64,000 nucleotides of DNA from Nitrosopumilus sp. (lineage in GTDB: Archaea; Thermoproteota; Nitrososphaeria; Nitrososphaerales; Nitrosopumilaceae). Both the position numbers and the translations under genes were made by a program. The notes beneath the pieces are model-generated. The model saw only the letters and a list, made by a program, of their open reading frames with translations. It was not told the DNA's origin and did not search any database. The DNA is taken from NCBI GenBank assembly GCA_965207445.1, contig CBDBLX010000002.1, positions 1,879,849 to 1,943,848 of the forward strand. The letters run 5' to 3'. Each line of letters begins with the position of its first letter. The stretch's first letter is position 1. Of this stretch, positions 53,501 to 64,000 are shown in pieces.

Positions 53501-56500
53501 CCGTTGTATCTGGGCCGCTACGTTGTTAGAGTCATCCCGGCACGAGTATGTTACTGTATAATCCTGGACAACAGACGTGTCTACTGAGCTGCTGTCGTCA
53601 GTTAATGTGGGTGCGGTGTCAAACGAGTCAGTACAAGTGGCACTTGCATCAGTATAGGTGGCACCGCGCTGCACAGAGACCGTGGCGGCACCAGTCAGTG
53701 TGATGACAGGTGCAGTGGTGTCTGTCACCTCGACGCTGCGCGACACTTGCGTTGCAGCATTGTTTGCAGCATCAGTACAGTCGTATGTAACTACATAGGT
53801 TCCAAGCGTGCTTGGGTCTACAGTTTCACCGCCGACTGTGGCTGCCTTGTTCGGGTCGATGTTATCTTGACATATAGCGCCAGGTTCAGTGTACGTGCCG
53901 CCTGCCTCGACGCGTACAAGCGACGGGGTGGTGATGGATATGGTGGGTGGGGTGGTGTCAGGTACGACGGGTGCGGTGGGCGTGGTAGATGCAGTGTTGG
54001 ATGCGGGGCCCGTGCCCGCTATGTTAGTGGCATTGACGCGGAACTGGTATGCATTACCGTTAGTCAAGCCCGTGACAGTAGCAGAAGTTGTGCTCGTGAC
54101 TGGATTGCCTGCAAACGCAGTCCACGAGGCGGCGCTACTCTGCTTGTATTCAACTGCATATCCGGTGATCTCAGAGTTGCCGTCATTTTCAGGTGCAGAC
54201 CACGCCAGTTCTGCACGCGCGTTGCCCGCAGTGGCAGTTAGTCCCGTGGGGGCGTCAGGAGTCGTGTATACTTTGACTGTCCGTTGTATCTGGGCCGCTA
54301 CGTTGTTAGAGTCATCCCGGCACGAGTATGTTACTGTATAATCCTGGACAACAGACGTGTCTACTGAGCTGCTGTCGTCAGTTAATGTGGGTGTGGTGTC
54401 AAACGAGTCAGTACAAGTGGCACTTGCATCAGTATAGGTGGCACCGCGCTGCACAGAGACCGTGGCGGCACCAGTCAGTGTGATGACAGGTGCAGTGGTG
54501 TCTGTCACCTCGACGCTGCGCGACACTTGCGTTGCAGCATTGTTTGCAGCATCAGTACAGTCGTATGTAACTACATAGGTTCCAAGCGTGCTTGGGTCTA
54601 CAGTTTCACCGCCGACTGTGGCTGCCTTGTTCGGGTCGATGTTATCTTGACATATAGCGCCAGGTTCAGTGTACGTGCCGCCTGCCTCGACGCGTACAAG
54701 CGACGGGGTGGTGATGGATATGGTGGGTGGGGTGGTGTCAGGTACGACGGGTGCGGTGGGCGTGGTAGATGCAGTGTTGGATGCGGGGCCCGTGCCCGCT
54801 ATGTTAGTGGCATTGACGCGGAACTGGTATGCATTACCGTTAGTCAAGCCCGTGACAGTAGCAGAATGTGCTCGTGACTGGATTGCCTGCAAACGCAGTC
54901 CACGAGGCGGCGCTACTCTGCTTGTATTCAACTGCATATCCGGTGATCTCAGAGTTGCCGTCATTTTCAGGTGCAGACCACGCCAGTTCTGCACGCGCGT
55001 TGCCCGCAGTGGCAGTTAGTCCCGTGGGGGCGTCAGGAGTCGTGTATACTTTGACTGTCCGTTGTATCTGGGCCGCTACGTTGTTAGAGTCATCCCGGCA
55101 CGAGTATGTTACTGTATAATCCTGGACAACAGACGTGTCTACTGAGCTGCTGTCGTCAGTTAATGTGGGTGCGGTGTCAAACGAGTCAGTACAAGTGGCA
55201 CTTGCATCAGTATAGGTGGCACCGCGCTGCACAGAGACCGTGGCGGCACCAGTCAGTGTGATGACAGGTGCAGTGGTGTCTGTCACCTCGACGCTGCGCG
55301 ACACTTGCGTTGCAGCATTGTTTGCAGCATCAGTACAGTCGTATGTAACTACATAGGTTCCAAGCGTGCTTGGGTCTACAGTTTCACCGCCGACTGTGGC
55401 TGCCTTGTTCGGGTCGATGTTATCTTGACATATAGCGCCAGGTTCAGTGTACGTGCCGCCTGCCTCGACGCGTACAAGCGACGGGGTGGTGATGGATATG
55501 GTGGGTGGGGTGGTGTCAGGTACGACGGGTGCGGTGGGCGTGGTAGATGCAGTGTTGGATGCGGGGCCCGTGCCCGCTATGTTAGTGGCATTGACGCGGA
55601 ACTGGTATGCATTACCGTTAGTCAAGCCCGTGACAGTAGCAGAAGTTGTGCTCGTGACTGGATTGCCTGCAAACGCAGTCCACGAGGCGGCGCTACTCTG
55701 CTTGTATTCAACTGCATATCCGGTGATCTCAGAGTTGCCGTCATTTTCAGGTGCAGACCACGCCAGTTCTGCACGCGCGTTGCCCGCAGTGGCAGTTAGT
55801 CCCGTGGGGGCGTCAGGAGTCGTGTATACTTTGACTGTCCGTTGTATCTGGGCCGCTACGTTGTTAGAGTCATCCCGGCACGAGTATGTTACTGTATAAT
55901 CCTGGACAACAGACGTGTCTACTGAGCTGCTGTCGTCAGTTAATGTGGGTGCGGTGTCAAACGAGTCAGTACAAGTGGCACTTGCATCAGTATAGGTGGC
56001 ACCGCGCTGCACAGAGACCGTGGCGGCACCAGTCAGTGTGATGACAGGTGCAGTGGTGTCTGTCACCTCGACGCTGCGCGACACTTGCGTTGCAGCATTG
56101 TTTGCAGCATCAGTACAGTCGTATGTAACTACATAGGTTCCAAGCGTGCTTGGGTCTACAGTTTCACCGCCGACTGTGGCTGCCTTGTTCGGGTCGATGT
56201 TATCTTGACATATAGCGCCAGGTTCAGTGTACGTGCCGCCTGCCTCGACGCGTACAAGCGACGGGGTGGTGATGGATATGGTGGGTGGGGTGGTGTCAGG
56301 TACGACGGGTGCGGTGGGCGTGGCGGACGCTACATTTGAGGCGGGGCCCGTGCCGGCAGTGTTCATGGCATTGATGCGAAACTCGTACGTGACATCGTTT
56401 GTCAATCCCATGATGATAAGAGAACTGATCCCGGTAGTGAGGATGTTGCTGCCGGCAGGTGTGGTCCACGCGCCTCCGCCGGACCGTTGTTCTACCACAT

Positions 56501-59500
56501 AGCCGGTGACCGGAGAGCTGCCTTCATTTCTGGGTGCAGTCCACGACAATTCTACCCGCCCGTCGCCCGCTACGGCGGACAATCCTGTGGGCGGCCTGGG
56601 GGCAAGCGCCGAGTATACATCTAGTTCCAGTATGTTGGACTCGGCGCTCGGTATCCCATCATCGCTATGCGCCGAGCCTTCTGGTATGCTGATGCTCAAC
56701 AGTCCCGTCGCAGGATTGCGCACCTCAAAGGTATACACGCCGCTGCCAATCACCTGGACGCGTGTGTTGCCGTTTTCTGTCACATATATTCGACCAAACT
56801 CATCAACTGCGATCCCCTGGAGGGTATTGAACTGTCCCAGATTCGAACCCGGATTAGAGTCAGTCTGACCTATACTCGTGCCACTAGGATCAAACATGAG
56901 AACTCGGTTCCTAGAGTCAATTACAAATACATGACCAGTTGAGTTTACGGCCACCCCCCATGGGATCCATATGCCAGGTTTGACAGACTCGCCAAGCAGA
57001 CTGACAAATGTTCCGTTTGGGTGAATTATCTGGATACGATTGTTGGATTGATCAACTACCAAAAGACGGCCTGCAGAGTCTACGGCAACATCAACGGGTG
57101 CTCGGAATCGACCGTTCTCCGTTCCCTGCGTGCCAATCGTCTCTAGATACTGGCCTGTCGAATTAAACACGGCAATGTGGTTTTTTCGTGAATCTGCAAC
57201 AAAAATGTGGCCAGTAGAGTTTATGTCAAGTCCCAGGGGAGAGTCAAACGTATGGCCCCTGAGCTTGCCCAGATATGAGCCATCGGGGGAAAATATTTGG
57301 ACGTTTTTGTTGTCCCTGTCAGACACTAAAATGCGGTCAGTCGTGTTCTCCACAGCAATGCCATAAGGATAAGTGAATTCCCCGTTGCCCGTGCCTGTCT
57401 CGCCAAAGTAGCCAACGTATGATCCTGCCGAGTCGTATATCAGAATACGGTCCAATTGTAATTCTGCGACAAACACGTGTCCCGTAGAGTTTACTGCAAC
57501 ACCACGCGGAAAGTTAATTGAGACGGTGCCGTTTCCTAATGTGCGCGTCTCGGGCGCTACCACATTGTGAGCCATACCAGAAGATACAGATATATCAGAT
57601 GCATCAAACCCCGTGACACGCTCGTCAAATCTAGCTCCTACCAATATGATATCCTGCTGAACAGGACTCGTCACATGTGTAAATATATCCACCATGGGGC
57701 TGTTCACAGGATCAAATACGGTTACAAGCACATTTTCGTGCGCCGTGCCTCCCGTCCGGCCGTCATCGACGGTGAATCTTATTGTATGCTCTCCCAGATC
57801 AGTGACGGCGGGGGTCCACCTGAATGTGGCAGTCCGGTCAGATCCCGTTATCGTTCCCACAGTCCCGTTGCGCGCCCAAGACAACGTATCAGGCGGATCG
57901 TCGGCATCCTCAGCAGACATTGTAATGACCAACTCGCGACCATACCCGACAAAACGGTCCTCGATATCCTCAATTACAGGGGCCTCGTTTGTCTCTGATA
58001 CTGTAATTACCAGATTCTGAGTGCCTGTGTTGTTATACGGGTCGGTGGCAGATATCGTTATACGATATGTGCCGCCGCCATGCTGCTCTCCGGGCGTCCA
58101 GGATAACGTGCTGCCTGATATTGCAGGTACAACAGTAGTGTCCACCACGTTGTGCGATAATATGGCAAATGAGACGCCGGGCTCGTCTGCCTCCAAGGTA
58201 TGGGTGCCCTCAGTGTGCTCTTCAAACGTCGCAGTGGCAGCAGACGTGATTATAGGCGCCGTGACATCAGTGACCGTTATGGTGACATTTTCGCTGTCGG
58301 TGCCACCGTTGCCGTCGTCAACTGTAAACATGACCACAGTCGTACCCACATCAGCATGCACGGGTGTCCATGTGTACGTACTACCCTCAATTGTACCGGC
58401 CGTGTGGTTGGAAGTGTATGTCAACGTATTGGTAGGGACGTCGGCGTCAGTGGCAGATAGTGAAATTGAGAGTTGGTTGCCGACTGTCGCGGACTGATCG
58501 TCAATTGTAATAATTTCAGGAGGCTCGTTTGTCTCCGATACAAGAATTAAGAGTTGCTGAGCGCCTACATTGTTTGATGCATCACGAGCAGATATCGTTA
58601 TACGATATGTGCCGCCGCCATGCTGCTCTCCGGGCGTCCAGGATAACGTGCTGCCTGATATTGTCGGTACAACAGTAGTACCCGTCACGTTGTGCGATGA
58701 TATGGTAAATGCGACGCCGGACTCATCTGCCTCCAGAGTGTGGGTGCCTTCAGCGCGCTCTGCAAACGTGATGGTAGCAGCAGACGTGATTGTAGGGGCG
58801 CGGTCGTCACCAGTAAAGGCCGGCGTGGCAGGTACGACGGCAGATGCTGGACCCGTGCCTGCCGCATTTGTGGCATTTACGCGGAACTGGTACATTTGAC
58901 CGTTTGTCAGGCCCGTGACTACAACGTCCGTATCAGTAGAGATATCGTCTGCAAATGTAATCCACGTTGTACCAGAGTCCGAGCTGTGCTGTATAATGTA
59001 ATCAGTTATCGTAGAGCCACCATCACCTGCAGGTTCACTCCAGGTCAACAAAACCTGCTCGTTGCCTACAGCGGCGACCAAATTAGCGGGAGCCAGCGGG
59101 ACCGTGATCGGGATGGCAGATGCCGTACCAGAAGCTGGACCCGTGCCTGCCGCATTTGTGGCATTTACGCGGAACTGGTACATTTGACCGTTTGTCAGTC
59201 CCGTGACTACAACGTCCGTATCAGTAGAGATATCGTCTGCAAATGTAATCCACGTTGTACCAGAGTCCGAGCTGTGCTGTATAATGTAATCAGTTATTGC
59301 AGAGCCGCCGTTATCTGTGGGCTCAGTCCATGTCAGCTCGACTTGCGCGTTGCCCGCGACGGCAGCTAGCCCCGTGGGGGCCGCCGGGATGATTCGCGGC
59401 GTGGCAGGTACGACGGCAGATGCGGGACCCGTGCCTGCTGCGTTTGTAGCGTTTACACGAAACTCATACTGTTGCCTGTTTGTCAGTCCCATAACTACAA

Positions 59501-62500
59501 CGTCAGTATCAGTAGAGATGTCGTCTGCAAATGTAATCCACGTCGCATTGACTCTTCTGTACTCTATGGTATAATCAGTAATTACAGAGTTGCCATCATC
59601 TGTGGGCGCAGTCCACGACAGCTCAACTTGCCCATTACCAGATATGGCAGATAATCCGGTAGGCGCGCCCGGCGTCGTATATACGCTGACGATTCTAGAT
59701 ATGTCAGGGGACTGGTTGCCAGAAGCGTCTCGGCACGAATATGTAATTGTATAATTTCCAGCGGCCGACGTGTCTACTGTACTGTCAACATCATCTGTCA
59801 GTACGGGCGATGGGTCAGACACATCCACACACGTGGCGCCCGCATCAGAGTATGTCTCACCCACGACTAAAAAGACAGAGGGGATACCGTCAAGTGTCAG
59901 TGTGGGAGGTACGGTATCAAATACATTGACGAGTTGGTTGGTAGTACCGGTGTTGCCCCAGGGATCCGTGGCTGTCCATCGTATCAGATGGGTACCGACT
60001 ACAAACTGTGCCGTAACGTCTTCTGTTGCCTGTTGGGGTGCACCAGTAGCATTATGTGTCACGACATAGGGGCCCCCGTAAACGTCAGATATGCCCGGAA
60101 ATCCGAGTGGGACATCTGTCACAGTTCCCGTGGACTCTACTGTCACATCAGATATGGAGATTGCAGGCGACACATTGTCAAAGTCAAATTCAGAGAGTTT
60201 GATCTTGACCACATATGGAAGATCGCGGTCGGCCACAAGCACATAATCACTAATGACCACAACGTCAAACGGATCGCCAAACGGCTTGATTCCGGCGCCT
60301 TGCCCACCCCACGAGGCGCCAAAGACACCCGCAGGGGAGAATGCCGATATACGATGGTTTTGACTGTCTGCTGTAAACAGGTGAGGCGATCCGGATACCA
60401 TACCCCGCACGGCGGCAAACTCACCTTGGCCGGTGCCGCTGCGACCAAACTCTGATATATAATCTCCAGAATGATCAAACACCTGCACTATATCCCGGTT
60501 GCGGTCTGCCACGTAGATGTGCATGTCATTGACTGCAATGCCCGTGGGGTTTTGGAACTGGCCGTTGCCAAAACCGTTGCCGCCGAACTTTGTGACAAAT
60601 GTGCCGTTGGTGTAAAATATCTGAACATCGTCTCGTGTGATATCCGATACAAAGACGTGCGTAGAGTTGGCCGCGATGCCAGTGGGATTTCGGAACGTAC
60701 CGTTGACAGTGCCGGTGCCGGTGCCGCCGAACTTTGTGACAAATGCCCCAGTGTCGGCTCGGAACACATGGATGAGATCCCGCACGTTGTCTGACACAAA
60801 GACAAACTCAGAGTTGGCCGCGATGGCAGTAGGACTTTGGAACTGGCCATTTGCATTACCCTGACTGCCAAACTTTGAGAGATAGTTGCCATTATAATCA
60901 AGTATTTGCACGTCCCGGCGCTGAGAATCCAGCACAAATATCTTCTCAGCATTGGCCGTAATTGAGCGTACAGTCTGGAACTGCCCTTCGCCGCTACCCT
61001 TGATTATATCCCCGGCAAATGCGTGCGGATAGTTATCAAACACTCTGACCTCGTTGCCACCTCCTGTATCTGCCACAAATGTGTGGAACCTGACAGTTGC
61101 AACGCCCGTCGGATCATACAGTTGTCCTGCGCCGGTGTGGTCTAGTGTGCCCACATAGTTTCCTGACAGGTCAAACAGCTGTACGTCTTTTCGGACGGTA
61201 TCCATCACCGTGACGTGCAGTGGGTCGACTGTTATGCCTGCAGGTTTTAGGAACTCTCCAGGTGCAGTACCGTTGCCGCCAAAACTTGATATGTGATTTC
61301 GCGTGTCAGCATCAAATATGTGCACTCTGTTGTTCTCAGTGTCCGTCACAAAGACATATGTGGGACTGGCCGCGACTGCGCGTGGTTCTTCGAGAGATGA
61401 GTGTGCAAGGGTTCCAACAAATCTGCCGGCGTGGTTAAACACCTGCACATCATCCTGCCGGCTGTCAGTCACAAACAGATGATTTTCGTTGGCCGCCATC
61501 TTCAAAACTTTGCGAAAAGCCCCGTCAGGAGAGTCCCTGGTAGCCAGGTCTACAGACGGTATACGTTTTCCTTTAAATTCTTTTATTTTAGAACCAGAGT
61601 GATCAAATATTCCTATCTCATAAAAGAAATATCCAATTTGTGCATTGCCTTGCTGTCCCCCGAGATCGCGCGATACGAACACTTTATCTGAGGAGACTGC
61701 GATGTTGCGCGCGTTAGAAGGGGTGTTGTATTCATGGACGGGTTGGCCGCGCTCATCAAATATCTCGACACGTGCGCCATCCAGCACAAATACGTGCGTA
61801 GAGTTGGACCCCACGTCACGAGGGTTTTTAAATGTGTTGGCAGTATCATCAACGTTGTATACGAACTGCGGGATTACCAAATTTGCACGCATAATGTCAC
61901 CAATTCCAGGAGATTCGGACACTGTTATCGTAACGGCTACTGCGTCAGTGCCTCCGGCTCCGTCATCTACTGTAAATTGAATAATATGATCAGCAATGTG
62001 CGCAGACGACGGGGTCCAGGTGAACATAGAAGTTCTGGCATCTATGGCAGTTATCTCACCGAGATTGCCGGTGCGCGTGTATGTTAGGGTGTCTGCCGGG
62101 GTGTCCGGATCGGCGGCTGCTAGTATAAGCACAAATTCTCTGCCGGATACGGCGTTTTGCGGTCCTATCTGTGAAAACACCGGATGTGTATTTGTCTCAG
62201 ATACCATAATTGTCAGATTCTGAACGCCCACGTTGTTTGCCGCATCGGTGGCAGATATTTCTATGTGGTATGTGTTACCACCGTGCAGCTCGCCGGGCGT
62301 CCAGGATAACGTGTTGCCTGATATTGTCGGTATAATGGTAGTAGTGTTGCCCATCACGTTGTGCGATGACGTGATGGCAAACGTGACGCCTGGCTCGTCT
62401 GCCATCAAAGTGTGGGTGCCCGCAGTATGCTCTGCAAACGTGATTGTAGCAGCAGACGTGATTGTGGGTACGATAAAGTCACCCGTGCTGACAGGCGTGA

Positions 62501-64000
62501 CAGATACGATATTAGATGCGGGGCCCGTACCCGCTATGTTGGTAGCATTTACACGAATCTCATACTGACGGTCGTTTTGCAGTTCCGTTATAATGACAGT
62601 CGTACTAGAGGCAGGTATGTCATCATCAAATATAACCCACGAGGAGACGCCATCAGGTCTGTACTCGACTGTATAGTAAGTTATCGCGGAGCCCCCGTCA
62701 TCGACAGGCTCAGTCCACGACAGCAAAACGTGCTTGTTGCCCGCATTGACAGTCAGTATGGTCGGGGCTCCCGGAACGGTACGCGTTATGGAAGTTATCA
62801 CATCAGATGCGGGGCCCGTACCTGCTGCATTTGTAGCACTCACGCGGAACTGATACGGTATCATGTTTGCCAGCCTCGTGACATTGACATTGGTCTCATC
62901 AGAAACTCCGTCTGCAAATATGGTCCACGTCACGCCTGCATCCGCACTATACTCTATGGTATAATCAGTAATTACAGAGTTGCCATCATCTGTGGGCGCA
63001 GTCCACGAAAGTTCAACTTGCTCATCGCCTGCAGTGGCAGATAATCCAGTAGGCGCGCCCGGCGTCGTATATACGCTGACGGTTCTAGATATGTCAGGGG
63101 CATGGTTGCCAGAAGCGTCTCGGCACGAATATGTAATTGTATAATCCCCGGCAGCTGACGTGTCCACAGCAGCAGCACCGTCGCCCCTGACTGTCAGTAT
63201 GGGTGAGGGGTCAGACACATCCACACACGTGGCGCCCGCATCAGAATATGTCTCACCCACGACTAAAAAGACAGAGGGGATGCCGTCAAGTGTCAGCATG
63301 GGAGGTACGGTATCAAATACATTGACGAGTTGGTTGGTAGTACCGGTGTTGCCCCAGGGATCCGTGGCAGTCCATCGTATCAGATGGGTACCGACTGCAA
63401 ACTGTGCCGTAACGTCTTCTGTGGCCTGTTGGGATGCACCAGTAGCATTATGTGTCACGACATAAGGTCCCCCGTAAACGTCCGATATGCCCGGAAATCC
63501 GAGTGGGACATCTGTCACAGTTCCCGTGGACTCTACTGTCACATCAGATATGGAGATTGCAGGCGACACATTGTCAAAGTCAAATTCAGAGAGTTTGATC
63601 TTGACCACATATGGAAGATCGCGGTCGGCCACAAGCACATAATCACTAATGGCTACAACGTCAAACGGATCGCCAAACGGCTTGATTCCAGAGGGGCCTT
63701 GTCCACCCCACGAGGCGCCAAAGACTCCCGCAGGGGAGAATGCCGATATACGATGGTTTTGACTGTCTGCTGTAAACAGGTGAGGCGATCCGGATACCAT
63801 ACCCCGCACGGCGGCAAACTCACCTTGGCCGGTGCCGCTGCGGCCAAACTTGGATATATAATCTCCAGAATGATCAAACACCTGCACTATATCCCGGTTG
63901 CGGTCTGCCACGTAGATGTGCATGTCGTTGACTGCAATGCCCGTGGGGTTTTGGAACTGGCCGTTGCCAAAGCCGTTGCCGCCGAACTTTGTGACAAAGG
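44537..64000 (-). CDS. Giant adhesin-like protein (NHL propellers, FN3, DUF5011/HYR-like and cadherin/He_PIG-like Ig domains); one gene split by a 2-bp deletion at 54866/54867; 5' end outside the window
   Basis: Track ORFs of 3027 aa and 3485 aa join in register when GT is restored in repeat copy 2 (GCAGAA-GT-TGTG). Confidence 0.88.
47737..56340 (-). repeat. Eleven near-identical 780-bp tandem repeats (260 aa: 2x DUF5011-like plus FN3)
   Basis: Exact 780-bp periodicity; only a few polymorphic sites. Confidence 0.97.
59555..60600 (-). repeat. ~1-kb near-identical intragenic duplication, second copy at ~62950-64000
   Basis: MHIYVADRNRDIVQVFDHSG...TAPTDDGNSVITDYTIEY occurs twice, ~3.4 kb apart. 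Confidence 0.9.

Noticed and set aside
54840..54994. Independent start of a 3485-aa gene at 54994
   Set aside because: Its first ~42 aa are an out-of-frame reading of the repeat; it is the continuation of the upstream ORF
47736..56502. Series of repeated + strand ORFs (84, 150 and 164 aa)
   Set aside because: Antisense shadows of the 780-bp repeat in the giant minus-strand gene

Overview
Archaeal chromosome segment from an ammonia-oxidiser-type thaumarchaeon (Nitrosopumilaceae-like). A host-associated lineage such as a sponge symbiont is inferred from the giant FN3/NHL/Ig proteins, IS load and low-complexity expansions. Core blocks: cofE 5' end; two aconitase-family dehydratase pairs (hacAB-like and leuCD); rps9-rpl13-rpl18e-rpoD; the exosome superoperon (SBDS, rrp4, rrp41, rrp42, rpl37ae, pcc1, pfdB); xpf, nob1, NAD kinase, ParB-like protein, GT2, ferredoxin and rhodanese. 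Three accessory areas interrupt these. (i) 8.3-13 kb: a MORC/GHKL ATPase with an apparent AbiEi-like C-terminus directly followed by a disrupted AbiEii-type nucleotidyltransferase gene that is absent from the ORF track, plus a phage-tail-like fragment, a decayed domain-coil-domain gene and IS66 debris. (ii) 28-39 kb: nested ISH3, IS1595, IS6 and IS5 elements, two MITE families, an MNT-HEPN fusion, a DUF3800 remnant with a candidate structured RNA, two paralogous two-gene modules for exported proteins and an HNH nuclease. (iii) 39.4-64 kb: a secreted protein made of 12 Cache-like domains, and a >6,400-codon adhesin-like gene with eleven near-identical 780-bp repeats and a single 2-bp frameshift. 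No rRNA, tRNA or CRISPR array was seen. All family assignments come from motif recognition, not database searches.
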